NCBI RefSeq assembly: GCF_009834535.1
Contig: NC_045696.1
Span: forward strand, 41,356,001-41,420,000
From: Camelus ferus
Lineage: Eukaryota
Direction of reading: 5' to 3'
Length of the DNA: 64,000 bases
Shown: positions 12,027 to 25,971 of the stretch, in pieces
How the letters are laid out: each line of letters begins with the position of its first letter
Position numbering within the stretch: the first letter of the stretch is position 1
Translations under genes and position numbers: made by a program
Notes under the pieces: model-generated
Databases searched by the model: none
Told to the model about the DNA's origin: nothing
Seen by the model: only the letters and a program-made list of their open reading frames with translations

Positions 12027-13439
12027 CTGGAAACAATAAGCATATTATTTATCAGTGAGATTCTCTGAGAACGAGCAGCATTCAGGACAGCACACCCGTT
12101 GCTGACTCAATGTTCCCCAGCTTTAGTCATCGTACCCACAGCACCATTGGGTGAGAGGGCCCAGGAATTCCAAAAGTTCACCCTTCTTGGGATAGTTTCA
12201 GCCATTGGGTTTTTTAAAAGAAAATTAAATCCAGATTTTCAAAACCCAGTGGTCAGGACTGGGAGAGAGGTCATAAAAAGTATCAAGCCAGACACAGATT
12301 TCATGCCACAGTTTCATCAATCCTTTTCTTAGCAAAGAGATTTTTTTGAAAAATCAGCTCATATCTCTTCTGTTACCCTATTCCTCACGCAGGGTCAGCC
12401 TGGTGCTTCAAAATCAGGGAAAATCCTACTTGCTCAGGACACATGGGTGTCATCTGGTGTATGATTTAAAATCACTCACTTTCTTGGGGATCTGAATATT
12501 TATAATGTCCTATTTTTATCCTGTTTGCATAATTTTTTACCCCGTTACCATATCCAACCAATCATTTTCATAAACAATTTTTAGACAAAGTCACAAGTTG
12601 ATCTAATTTTCACCCAAGATATACCAATTGAAAATATAAAATCTCTTTTAAAAATATTTAGCTTTTAAAGAAAATATTTAAACAACCAATATGTGCTAAT
12701 TCAATCAAGGGCTAATAATTTCTTGGAGAATTTTGTAATTGATGTTTTCAAGATGAATGGTTGATTTAAATACACAGTATATATGTAAGCCAAAGACATT
12801 TTGGACATACAAAATAACATTGTATAAACAGTTCCACAGGATTAATCAATTGGTTGATGGGTATTATCTACAATATTTCTACAGTAACTTTGGATCCTGA
12901 ACCTTATTCTACACCAAACTTCATTTGGATGCTGGAGTCAATCAGAGTTCACTTCTACTTGTCCAGGCAGATCTCATATCTTTGTTTTGTTTTTATTCAA
13001 ATGTCTCCCCTCTCCCCCTTTCCCAAGATGTGCTTGGAACAGAGGCCTTCTCTGCCCAAGGCTTTGCAGGGCTGACTTCATTCTCAGAGACAACCTGGCA
13101 ATTCCACCACGTTTAATGACTCGAGCCTTTGTCTTTTTCCTGGACACCCCACAGAGCCCTATTTGCTATAATCGCCACAGCAATTACCACTGCAAAAGGT
13201 AAACCAGGTAACCTCTTGAACTGACCTCAGAGCTTTGCTCATTTATCGTATTGGTGCCTAATGACCGCAACACAGATCAAGGAACGTTCACCGTGTTTCA
13301 GTCTCACCTGTTTGAAAGCCTGTCTTGCTTAGCAGAGGTTATATAAGGAAAGCTCAACCTAAGTCAAGTTGTCTAGTAGGAATACAATAACATTTTTGGA
13401 TTTTATTTGGGATATGGAACAATATAGGTATTAAGAAAC

Positions 13440-13573
13440 TACCGTGTACTGAGTATTCTCCACATGCCAAATACTCGTTCAACACTTTGTATTCATCACT
13501 TATCACTCCTCATGGCAATCCTACCTGACAAGTACTATTCTTACCCCAACTTACAGACTCAGTCTCTGAGACA
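13440..13573. mobile_element. MIR fragment
   Basis: tactgagtattctccacatgccaaatac...tcctacctgacaagtactattcttacccc...ttacaga. Confidence 0.55.
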
Positions 13574-14522
13574 GAGGCAGCCTTACGGACAACATGTACA
13601 GTCACATAGGACCCCATGCTCAGAAGGGTTCCATGCTTGGTTGAATAGCCTGCTGTCACCATCTTGAAGTTCTTAACACTTTTATCTTTGAATCTGTGTT
13701 TTGCAAGGGCCATCCAACGGGTCATGAGTGTGAGCATGTCTGTACTTCCTTCCATCCACGTGTAGCATTCAAGGTGCCCACTAGCATAGCATTCCAAAGG
13801 GCCCATGATGTGTGGGAGTCCAGTAAGACTCAGAAGCCGAGTACGGTAAGCATATTGCATTGATGACTGAGTACAAGCCTGGGGAGGGGACACCAACAGC
13901 CCTGTGAGGCCACACTTTCCATTAGAACCAGAACTTGCTTCAGATGCAGAAAGAAGACAATGGCATTTTAAGCAACAAAAATGACCAAGAATTCTATCAC
14001 ATCCTTTCTTATTCAAATTTCTTCCCTGTGTTAGCCAGCCACTTACACTGAAAATTATGACCCAAAGGGAAAAGGGAAAGTTAGAGCAACACCCGATTCC
14101 TTCTTTTCAGTTCTCTCTCACTCACAAGCAGAGTATTAGTAGGATGCGCATGTATCAAAAAAGTTCAGTTTTGTGCCTTTCCGCTGGTGTGGCTAGAATA
14201 AAGTACGTAGGCACATATGAACTGCAAAATGCAAACTATGTAATTTCAGTTTTGTTGCTTAGGAGTTAAAGGCTCTTATAGTTGCATTTAAAACAGGCAT
14301 TGCACAAAAGATAATGGTAATATTTATACTAATAATTTAAAGTCCTGATTTTTCTTTACTTAAATGACATTATATAGCAAATAAAATAGCACCATGATGA
14401 GTTGAGAAAAAGTGGGAGAAAGGAAAAAACTTTATATTTCAGTACATTTAATGACATCTTTCCCCTTGTTTTTGAACCACAGACCCTGTGTTTTTATTTC
14501 ACTGCAAATTATGTAGCTATCT
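13574..14522 (+). mobile_element. MER45B/C-like hAT-Tip100 DNA transposon
   Basis: 5' end cagtcacataggaccccatgctcagaagggttccatgcttggttgaat...catcttgaagttcttaa; 3' end tttttgaac...gcaaattatgtagct; about 950 bp. Confidence 0.75.
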
Positions 14523-15849
14523 TAATCTTGTCCCCAAAATGCCCTTTTTAATAAGTCTTTGGAATTCACTTCTAGAAAACAAAGCTAAATCCCCATTTTT
14601 CTAAAATTGTTCCCACTGTGGCAGTGGCTCAGGGCTAGCCTTTCATTTCCCTCCTTGATACACATTGATTCAACTATGCCTTGGTTGTTTAAAAAGTCCT
14701 GAAAATCTAGAAAAATAACCCATATAGAAGCCAAAGATAGTGCCATGATCCAAGACATACGGTTATATGAGCAATTTTAAAGTAATTTTTGTTAATAATT
14801 GCAGTCATTTCACATAAAGTATAGGCTATTACAACCAATTACAAATTGGAACAGACGTCAGGACTTGGGTGCATATGCTGGCTCTCACTGCTCATTAAAA
14901 ACTTCCAAATGATGCTGAAATTTTGTATTTCAGCAGCCTTTACACTCAGTTGGTAACACAGACATGGAAAAATAAAACAACTGAAAAACAGGATTTCTAT
15001 TTCTGTTCTGCACTATGAAATTCTTTGAGGATTTGTAGCGGTCTGGAAATATATACACTTTAGCCTGATTATAAATGTTGGCAACACATGCCAAAATCTA
15101 CTACTTCTTTATTTAGAAAATGTGTATTATTAAGAAAACTTATATAGAATGCAATTACCTTAACAAACTTTCCATTCCTGACAGTTAAGCCTATACAATG
15201 TTGCACACTAAGTACATCTGATTTGCTTCATATCTTAAATGCCCTATGGTGGAGGACAGGGACAACATCCTGCTTAAGGAAAGGTGCTACCGAAATCCTT
15301 TATAAAGTCCTAGATTTTTTTTTGTAATGCAAATAATCCTCCCATAATCACTTTGCTCAATAAATCCTAATTCTCACATTTTTATTAGGGGACATCTGCA
15401 CTGCAAGCCGCACTGCTTTAGGATGCTGTCATTCTAGGGAGGGTTTTTTTTTTTTCCTGCCGTGCAAGTTTCCACAAAACCACCATCCAACAAGCCAGGA
15501 TGATCCAAAAGGAAATCAGGTAAGGGGCTTGAAAAAACAAAATAATTTATTTTACCTCTGCCATTTTTTAAATAATTTGGTTTCATGTCAAACTAAATTT
15601 CTGGGAATAAGAGCATGGATTCTGGAGCCTGCAATCAAATCCACTCAGCTAGTTACCAGGACGAGGAAAAGTACATAACATCAGTGCACCCGCTTTCCTC
15701 ACGTGCGAAGTAGGAAAAATCAGAGTACCTGGGCTCATGGGGCTTTCAGTGATGATTAATTACAGACAGTTCTAATTCAATGGCAGCTATGATGCTGATC
15801 ATGATGGGGTCTTAAAAGCAGAAGTTTGTGTCCTAAGAGCCCTGAAGAC

Positions 15850-16710
15850 ATAGTCCAAAAGGAAAATGTCCAAAACCGTTTTTTTTAAAAGCAAGCACCA
15901 AAGGTTTCAAAATGCAAAAATTCACAAAAAAAGAAAATCACACGCCATCCTGACAAAGATTCTCCCTTGACCAAACTTAAATCAGGCTCTTCTGAGCTCC
16001 TGCTCAACGAGACCCTGACTTTTGGGCTTCCACATTCATTTCCATGTGGTCCAGTTTTAGAAAGAGTCCTGCTGAGATGGTTCAGCCAGAATCCCCCATC
16101 TTCTAGACCTGACCATCAGTCAGGTTCCTCATCCTCCATCCCCTCACAGGTGATACCTGAACACCTGACCACCCTGGCCTGCCTTCAACAAGAACCTTGT
16201 TAGGTCAGTTTAGCCAGAATCCTCCCTGACCCCTGATGTTTCCTCTTAGTAATTTTCTGTCCACTCACTCCTTGGCTATAATTCCCACTTCTCCATGTTG
16301 TATTTGGAGTTGAGCCAAATCTCTCCCTGACTAAAGATCCTATACCTATTGCAAGAACCTCCTCCCCACTGAATCGTCTTCCTTGCCATCTTTAACAAGT
16401 GTCACTGAATAATTTTTCTTTAACAATACATGCTCACAAATATTAATGCAAAAAATCCTATAAAATATACTGACAAGCTGATTCTGGCAGCATAATACAA
16501 TAATACATTATGGCCAAGTGTAGTTTATTGTACATAATAAACACATTATGCACAATATGTAACATAAAGAGGGAGAGAAAAAAATCAGTGCCAATTTCCA
16601 CAAGTGCTGAAAAGGCATTTGACAAAATTTGACATCAACTCTTAATACGGAGTCAATGGAATACTTCCTTAACATGATAAAATATATCTTAAAATATCTG
16701 AACCACATCT
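15850..16710 (+). mobile_element. Old L1 ORF2 relic hosting the MER31 LTR
   Basis: aaagaaaatcacacgcca | ...aatattaatgcaaaaaatccta...ggccaagtgtagtttatt...aaaggcatttgacaaaatt are degenerate RT-region motifs on both sides of the LTR. Confidence 0.6.
15951..16425 (+). mobile_element. MER31-like ERV1 solo LTR
   Basis: TG...CA ends (tgacaaagattctcccttgaccaaact ... aatttttctttaaca), internal repeated gtt(t)agccagaatcc. Confidence 0.8.
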
Positions 16711-18750
16711 TTTAAACGTCAAGGGCCTTACACATACATTTCTGTTGAGTAACTCTCCCTGGCTTTAACAGAATATTCAACTTTCATTTTTCTGTCCCTT
16801 TTATTACTATATACTTTAAAATGTTACACTGTGATTTTATGTTTTTAAAAATGAACCAGATTCTGCATTTTTGAATGTCTGAGACATAGATTGTTTATTT
16901 ACCTAAAGAATGATGTAACCAACTATATTACATGTTCTCCTCATCCAATGATGTGGGAATAACTAAAATGAAGCAGTGGATTGGAAGTATTACTGGAATA
17001 TTTACACATAAGGCCAGCTTTGCCAGAACAGTGAGTTGGAACAACGGAAAGTTCCCACATTCATGCCCCTCTTTGAGATGCCTCCTCACTTTACTGAACA
17101 CGGTTGTCCTCTTCCATCTTACAGTCATTTGTTCTCAGAAAGGATCACAAAAACAACCATTTACACACAGCCTGAGCAAAGTCATGTTAATACAGTACCC
17201 CTACTCGTGACCTGTTCTATTTTAATTATGTAAGAAAAGCATCTGTCCTTTGCTAAATACACACAGGGCATCAAGTATCAAATGGAGAAGATCTTTTGGC
17301 CTAGTGCCCTCTTTTCCCTCTGTCCCTGAAACCATCAGGTACAGAGAGCCACCTTCTCCACACTCTAAAGACAGCTGGCTTGCAAATGTCTTGCTACAGA
17401 TCAGACCCACGGAGGGTATGCAGGCTTTCCTCTGACAGGAGAGGGCCAGCCACCACTCTGCTCACATCACTCTGCCTTCAAGGTCTGGGTTCCTTTGGAC
17501 TCAGTCAGGGAAAGCAGACACCATCTCAGACACTCAAGGCCCAGAGAGGTGTTTCAAGATCAACATGAATTTCCAGGTAACTTTGAGCCTGTTAAAGATG
17601 ATGGTCCATAAACATCTTTTGTCAGTAATTAGGTTTATTTTCGATTAAAAAAAAAAGAAGCCAGATTATTTCTATTGTGATTTGGAGGTTTAAGACCATT
17701 GAGGCTTAATCCTTGGTTCATCCCCATTAAGGGGAAGAGAACTCTCCCTTCTGGGTCCCCAGTGGAGGCTGGAATCTCCTCTTGCTCTTTTGAGGGGAAT
17801 GGAGTCTTAGGAATGCCGCCGGGATGGAGAATGAGACCCCTGAGCTGCCGCCATACGGACCCAGCAAGGAGAACACTGGGCACTGAGCCAGGGGCCTGTT
17901 CATAGAAGGGGTCTCCTCTGAGCAGCTGCGCTGGCGCACGCGGGGACTTGGGCCGCTTGATACGGGGGTAGAGGACCAGCCCACAACAGGGCTCAGTGCA
18001 GTGAGGTGGCCGAGAATGCAACGAAGCCGCCCTGCATGTGGAAGGTGGATGGGCCTCCAGGGGGACTGCACCAGTCACTCTGCGGAATTTTGAAAGCTGG
18101 GGGCAGTGATAGAGTCCTAAGGAAAATACATTGGGTTTTCACTGTCCAGTTGTTTTTACTAATCTATCAGGTGGGAGTTGACTGACTAGTTTTAATTTGA
18201 TTTGGAGACATAAGATCAACGTACTCATGCCTGAACCCCAAATGGTAATTTGCCAATAGTCCATATAAAGCTGTTTTATGAGAAATGGCCTATGAAAAAT
18301 TTGGAATACTGTACTTCATTGGTTCTAAGACATACCCATCCTCCAGCTTCTCAAATCTCTCAGATGGCTTTTACAACCAGTGGTGTGCTACCTTTGGCTG
18401 GGGGCAGTCGTGTCCTCACTGTCACTGCCTGACACCTTTCAGTAAGGTCAAGAAAGTGACAGCTTCAAAACTGGCAGAAGAGGGTCAGTGATTTGGAAGA
18501 AAACCCAGTGGAGCAGTGTTTCCAAAACACGGCATCACCACCGTTTTTGCTGGCACAGAGTGACGTGGTGGAAAAACAAGGCTCTTGATGACTCTGAGTC
18601 GAAGGGTGAGGCAGAAGGGTTGGCGTCTTGAAGTCAAGAGTACTTAGCAATGATTTACCTTTTCTCTTGCTTATTTTTCCTCTTAATTTTTTTTAAGTGA
18701 TAGATCTCTTCCTTCCCCAAACCCCAGCGTAAACAGGAAAAAAAAAAAAA

Positions 18751-19130
18751 ATCAGACACAACTAAATGGAAGGACATTCTATAAAATACCTAACCAGGAC
18801 TCCTCTAAACTGTTAAGATCATCAAAAACAAGGAAAGTCTGGGAAAGTAAGCCTATAGGAGCCAAAGGAGACGTGACAAAATATGATGTGGTATCCTGGA
18901 TGAGGCCCTACAACAGAAAAGGAGCTTAGAGAAAAAGGAAGAAAATCAAATAAGAACGACTAATAATGTATCGATATTGTTTCATTAGTTGTGACAAAGG
19001 TACCATATTAACATAAGATGTGAAGGGTCAGAGAAATTGGATGTGAAGTACACGAATTCTCTGTACTATACCAGCAATTTTTCTTGGATTTAAAGCTATT
19101 GTAACAAAGAATTTATTAAAAAATAAAATT
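18751..19130 (+). mobile_element. L1MC-type 3' end
   Basis: aggacattctataaaatacctaacc...atcaaaaacaaggaaagtctg...gtggtatcctggatgag...acagaaaagga. Confidence 0.75.
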
Positions 19131-22030
19131 ACCTCTTTTTACAAAAATAATAATTATATAAAATTTATATACCTATGAGTCAAAGGAAGCTCTTTTAAGA
19201 AGTATAAACATAAGCCCTCAGGGATACAAAAGCAGTCTCATTAATCAGCAGCTTTATTCTTTCTTAGATTTATATAAAATAGTGGTGCGATTTACAGTTA
19301 AAGGTGCTTTTGATTTTGATAACATAAGGTAACTATTTTTTTTTTATTAAAAATCAATGTGGCACATCGTAAGACTCCTATTAAAGTAGAATAAAATCAT
19401 CCACAAAACCTGAAAAAAAATTATCTATAGTCATGGAAACCTCACAGAAATACTATTGGTTTTTCTCTGTATCTGCAAGTGTCCACATGCCACACTTAGC
19501 TGTAATCTGACCTGAGTGGGTACAATCCAAATTTAAATATTCCCTTTAGCTTTTAACATTTGGCAGACAGCTCCCGTGCCTTATTGCGTCAACACTGAGT
19601 AATGTCTGTTTGAGAAATACCCTTGAAAAGCCTCCTTGTGTTTTAAGCTCAGGCAGCGAGTTCCACTCACACACTAGTCAGTTCTGAATTAAACAATCTC
19701 TTACGTGTGGCCACGCTGGAGGTAAGCGAACAGAGCTCCAGCCCCAGTCCCTGGCTCTGCAGCTCTGTCTTGAGAGCCTGGCCTGTACTGCCGACACTGT
19801 TCCCTGGTCCCTGAAGGGGGTCTGGAAGCAGGCAGCCTCCCGGAGAGAGAGGGGTGCAGTCTGGTGTGGAGTTAGAGGGTAGAAAGAAATGCTACTTGTC
19901 TATTCATTGCTTGAAAGATGAATATCAGCAGTTGTCAATTTCAGGAGTGTAACCAACCCAGCTCCCAACCCCTACCCATCCTCACATTCCAGAGACAAAG
20001 TAACCACTACACATTGACCAACACAACAGCAAATAGGTTTCAGCAACCAGGTACAAAGGGTTGGTATTTGAATGGCAGTCCACACCCATTCTGAAGCCTG
20101 GTTACTAGGAAATGAAAGGCTCAAATATCGTCGTTGCCTCCCTCCAAAGGGTAGGATTAACAAAACTCACCACAAAACACATCCATAATAATTAAGGAAC
20201 TCTAAACTCATCACATATTAACAAGCTAGACCAGTGGCCATTGACAGTCTTGAGCAACGACATCACTGATGTCCTTTCAGGAAATTCAATGCCCCTTCTG
20301 GAAAAACACAAATGGGGCATGTTTATAGAAAACTGGGGAAATCCTGGTATCTACTTGGGCATGTGCTACATCATAGCTTTGCCAAGCTTCTTGGAAGCCA
20401 GAAGTCCAGATAGCAGACAGTAGTTACAAATAATGTCAGTACTGCTCTAAGTGTACTGTGCTTGCTAAGTTTATGAACATAAAAGTTTAGCCATTTTTAA
20501 TAAGTTCTTTTTTTTTAATAGACACTGAATGTTTATTTCTAGATCCCATGGAAAATTAATGGCGTTTCAAGAGTGTTTTTGTTTTTGTTTTTTCAAAGAC
20601 ACCAGACATAACAGAAAAATCCATTCCTGGCAGACTCAAGAATAAAAATATTTACTACTATGAACATTAAACTAGACACTATTAATGCATAATTGTTTAC
20701 AACGCTCCCCCCAAAGTGTTATTAAAACACTTTGTACAGTCAAACTATGGTTCTAAGACTGTTTCAGAACTTTTGACAAGAGATTTCAAATGAGATTTAC
20801 CTATTAGAGAAAGATGAGAGCTTCAAGTTAGACAAATACTCAGTTGCTGAGATTGACGACCCCGCATGTGGTACAACTTCTTCAGGAAATAAGTAGATTA
20901 CTAGCACACTGCCCTTAACTGTACATAAAACGAATGTCTACAGCAATACAAATCATCACGAACTAATAGAAGTTGTCCACCTTTTAGATTATTTCCAAGT
21001 CCTATAGGAAGACGTGGTGGGCTGAGGATCACACTGGATCTGGCCCTGACCCAGTCTGTATTTTGTTCATTTCTGTACTTTTAAACCTGTAAACATAGTA
21101 ATTGCACAAGACAGATTTTCTGATAGAGTGGATGAATGTATTTCTCTATCCCTTTACTGCCTCGGGCAAGAGTAAAGGTGAAGTCTGATGTTTTTCAGGG
21201 AGAGAGGAAAAAGTAATTATGGGTCTGGGAAATCGCCGTCAGCAAAAGCAAATAATCTTTTGAAAAGCTGGTAAACTTTACTCATTGAATTAGTCTTTGA
21301 CAAGCCTATTTGTAGAACTGATTTTTTTCTTCCTTTGAAGTTTTTTCTTATAAAAAGTGTGTGGGTTTGTGTGTAAGAATAATCCTTATCCTTTCAAATG
21401 AAAATAAACCACATTTTAAAGCAAATCCAACTAATTACTGTTCAGTAATTATTTTCCATTACATGTTACAAAATCAGTTGGCAAATGAACCAGTGCCTAT
21501 ATTGACAAAACATTGTGCTAGGGCCCAGGGCTCTGAGACAGTTCTGGCTTCTCTCAAGCCCTTAAGAGGCAGCCTGATGGCCCTAGTGCCCAGGGTAGGA
21601 CAACAGTAAAGGTTAAATGGTCCATTAAAGGTGCAGCTACCCTGGACCACAGAGCAACTGCTAAGGCAAAGAAGACAGGAACATCCGCCATTGGTGGGAT
21701 TCTAGAACATTCAGTCACAGACCTGCTCTGGAGGGAGCTGACAGCTCCTGTGGGTGTGTAGGTTATTAAGAGGAGCTGTTCAGAACTGATGGCAGCAGTG
21801 AGAAGCAGCCCCTCATCTCCTCACTGCTGCGAGAGCAAAGTCTCTAAATATGAAGCCAGAACTCAGCTTTGATGGGAAGAGAGGATGTGGAAAAGGAGCA
21901 CGTGGAAGGAAGAGGTTCGAGAGGGGAAGAGGTTCTCCCAGAGGCTCGGCCACACTCCCTTACTCTTCACAGCTGGCCACCTGGAAGGAAAGATGTACCC
22001 TTTTTCCAAACAGAGGAGTACTTCAGATTA

Positions 22031-22181
22031 TTTTTTCTTTTTCTTTTTCTTGGGGGGCTGGTGGTGGGGAAGGTAATTGGGTTTTATTTTATTTATTTAT
22101 TTAATGGAGGTACTGGGCACTGAACCCGGGACCTTGTGATACTAAGCATGCACTCTACCACTGAGCTATGTCCACCCCTCC
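22031..22181 (-). mobile_element. tRNA-Ala-derived SINE (Vic-1 type)
   Basis: Reverse complement of A/B boxes (ctctaccactgagcta; tgaaccc), ggtaattgggtttta tail, T-rich end; possible decayed TSD cagaggagtacttca / cagaggaacatttca. Confidence 0.85.
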
Positions 22182-24214
22182 AGAGGAACATTTCAAAGAC
22201 ATTTCAATGAGGAAATGTTGCTGGCAACTTTTTCTGAGTTTGCCTTTACTCTTAGTGAGCGCTGGGGAGGCAAAGCCATTGAAAACACACACCTCGCCCA
22301 GCACTGACCACATACTTTCTGGACCCAACAAATGCAAAAATCAAAAGGTGGGATCCTCTACTTTAAAAGTAACATTAAAGATACCAAAATATAAAATTTT
22401 TCCTTTCTTTCATGGACTCGGTCTCAACCTGTCATAGTATTTTTTGGCTATTTGATGTTGTGCTAATACAGACCTTCATCTCCACTCCCCCTCATCCTGA
22501 TCATAATCCTTCTCACCTGACTGCCTGGGACCCTTTCTCAACAGAGGCAGCCTCTGGATCAAAGCACCTGACCCCACATCTCACCCCCAAGGGCAAAAAA
22601 GCCAATCTCTCTTCCCCAAAGGAACCCATAGACCCCAAAGGATTCTAACCTTAGACCCAAGACAAACTGTGTACCTGAATAGGGGTGGGAAAGAAGCTGG
22701 CATTGGCCAAAGACCCACTAATGCACTGTGGCATGGCCGGGACTGCCGCCCCACATCCTGCCAGATGTCACCAAGTGGGGGTGCCCACCAGCCACTCCCC
22801 ACATCCACACCCACGTGTGGCAGAAAGCAGAGGGCAGCAGTGGTTGCTAAGTTTGGGAAGGTGGGGAGGGGACGGTCCAGGAGCAGAGGTGCCAGGGAGC
22901 AGGCAGTTGAGAATGAAATTAGGGGAGAGTGGGAGCCAAGGCAAGAGCCCGGACATCAAGCCCTCAGCACATGCACCACTGTCCCACCTGATCTCACTGA
23001 CAAATAAAACTGAAAGGGTAAACTTGTGAAAATTTTCAAGACAGCAAAGCATTAAACTTCCGTGCAGGGCTCCTCTGAGTGCACTGGTCACATGCCCGTG
23101 AAGCCAGTCATGACCCGCCCCTCCCCCATCTCTGCCGCCCAGCCACAACTCAGATGTACCAGGTAGATCTTCATTTCCAGTCGTCCTGGCTTTCGGTCTG
23201 GAGTTTCTCACTCAGCCATTGTCCCCAGGTCACCCTGCCTCCCTTTCAAGCTCTGACAAATTCTCTCCCTGACACTGGAAACAAATACTTAATGACTAAC
23301 TGCTCTCACCCATTTGCCACCACAGCCAGGACACATCCTTTCCTAGTTTAGAGACCTGTTAGATATTAAAATTGTTGCCTTCATTGCCTGCAGTTTTTTC
23401 CTTGCTTGTGTTTTCTATGTGCACCCCACAGAGAAATTCAGTGTAGGGTGTTGTCTGGGAACTCGTTTAAAGATTGGCAAGGCCTCGCTCTTGAAAGAGA
23501 GCCTGTACACCCACACATTTTCCAGTGAATTCATCACTTCGTTAATATTATCTCTACAAGAAATATGATTGAAAAAACCAGGACTTCGTTTGGATACTTT
23601 CCTTTCAAACAAGAAATCTAGGTCATGTTAGCTATCTTATCGGATGGTAAGCCAAGGCATTCACATCAGCAAGCATTAAAAGCATTTCTTTTTAAATGCT
23701 CTAGTTAGCATTACCATGTGGGGGGGAGGGGTCAGGAATAATTCCCAAGAAAGGAGTTTTTACATAGGGTTCAAAGGAAACAGAATACTTTCTTGCCATG
23801 GGGAAGCACTGAGGTGTGGCGGGCAAGTGCACTGGGCTCTGCAGACAGCCTGTCACCCATCGATTTCTTAACTTCTCGGGGATGTACTGTCTTCATTGGG
23901 AAGAAGATACTAACAACACCTGCTTCAAGGGTTGCTGTGAGGAGGCAATGACCCACTTCTGTAAAGCCCCTTGACTCAGCACATTTTACGTGCTCAGCAT
24001 TGTCAGCGGGTTGGTGAGAACCTCCACTCCAGCATTTGGTGAGCAGCGACTACACACCCAGCCTGCAGAATGGGATGCATCGGGGCCAGCCTGCGGCAAA
24101 CCTCTTCTCCTTGAGGAGTGTCCCCAGAGAAAGGGGCAGAGAAAAGGCTGAGCTATTGGCTTGGAAGACTGGGAGACGATGCTAAGAATTCAAGGCTTTC
24201 TCCCACATGTATAT

Positions 24215-24315
24215 TAAGCATACAATTTAACTAAACTGGGACACTTTGGAGATAAACGGAGGGGGCACTAGTAATAATTTTGCCAGAATAGCAGGTATAA
24301 ACTATAACCATGCCT
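24215..24315. mobile_element. MER94-like hAT-Blackjack MITE
   Basis: aaactgggacactttggaga...gggggcactagtaataattttgccagaatagcaggtataaac. Confidence 0.65.
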
Positions 24316-25971
24316 AAGAATTAGGGTAGAGTTAATGCCTTAAGCCAGCTGAATAATTTTCCCCCCACCTAGAGATCTCCACCCTGGGCAAAAAGACACT
24401 TTTAATTCTGTTGCCTGGGAGGCTTGCCTACCAACTCCCAGCAGACCTTGGGTAGTGAGTTCCGACACTCACAGATCTATCAACCCTGATTATGGACTAT
24501 GTGAGCGCTGGTGAGGTCAGATCTCACCCTGAGCAGCTCACTGTTTAGCTGGTGACACATGATACTAGTGAAAACAAGAACAAAATAATGATAATGGAAC
24601 AATCCAAACCAGAATGTAACCAAACATTGGCCTTCATGGCATAACCCTTCAGGAGGGATCAGTACGTGGCCAAGAGTGTCAAGGGTCCAGGGAAGTAAAA
24701 TGTTTAAGGAAATAATATGTGGGTAGTTAGGAAACTAAGATCTGATTGTTGTCCTTGGTTCTGAGTTGTATTCCTAAGAAAAAAGAAAACTGTAAAGTCT
24801 TAATATTATCTGATATCTACTCCAGACCACCCTCCAACTTATCCTTCTATTGGCAACTGTCTTTCCATTTAAGACCCCTTCTCAACAGCAAGCCTCTCGC
24901 AATCAGTCTGGGAAGAGGTACACTTTTGACCCATGACAAAAGGGCCATCAGCTCTCTGGGGAACCCTTATAATTAAGAATACATTTTAAAAGTTAGATTT
25001 TGGGCTCCATGCATTGTGCAATACACTTGAAAAAATTGTACTTTATATTGGAATATTGTGAGTTTCTTTTATTGTTGTTCCAAGAAAAGACAAACTGTCT
25101 CCAAGTTTATCTATTGTTTGGTCAGGACAGGAAGACCATGAAAACATTACAGTTGAATCCAATAGAAAAAAAGTAGAACTTTAAAAAGATTATTTTTATC
25201 AAGACAGGTGAAATGGGCATCTATTATCAAACAAGCCTCTCTGGTATAAACTCATGGAGAATTGTTTAAGAGATGGCATACAATTTATTAAGAAATTGGT
25301 ACCCACTAGGCCAATTTCTTTTTTTAAAAAATCCCCTTTGAAGCTTATTCAAGTTCTGCTCAATTCTGCAGTGAAGAAAAATCAAGTGATTTGAGACTCC
25401 TGTTTTTTTAAATGAAAAATCTGGATTAATCTTGAAGATTTAAAGCCAAATACTCCCCAGTGGTAAAAGCATTTCCAGAGAAAGAACTAAGTTAGAATTA
25501 GATGACATTTTGAAAATAGTTTTAAACCAAAGAGAAAAATCCATCTTCAATGTGACCAAAGCTGTTTTCAGACATCCTGGGTCTCTCCCTTGCCTCTCAC
25601 TGATTCATTCATTTACCATGCTTCTAACTTTTGACAATATTAGAGGTGAAAAAAAAATATCTAAGGCTTCTAGAGTTCTTAGCTCCCAGGAGTTTTCTAT
25701 TTGGGTGGAGTGTAGGAACAGACAAGATGCAATTTATAAATAACAATTTATGAAGAATGATGGTAAAAGAAAATTCTCAGCCTCTAGGATACGTATGGAG
25801 AGAGACATAAATGTTGACTGCTTTGGCCAGATGTGGCCTTCTGGTAGGGCTTAGCAGATGGACAGCTCATAATAAAGAGAGATGGTGGTGGTCATGGAAC
25901 GGGCAGAAGAGAACAAGTTTTGGGGACACAGGAAATGCTGTTCATATTTTAACTCATTTAAACCTTAATGA

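Noticed and set aside
22581..23351. GC-rich stretch with overlapping 77-147 aa ORFs
   Set aside because: No recognisable protein similarity and no convincing splice-site pair; overlapping ORFs are expected in GC-rich DNA
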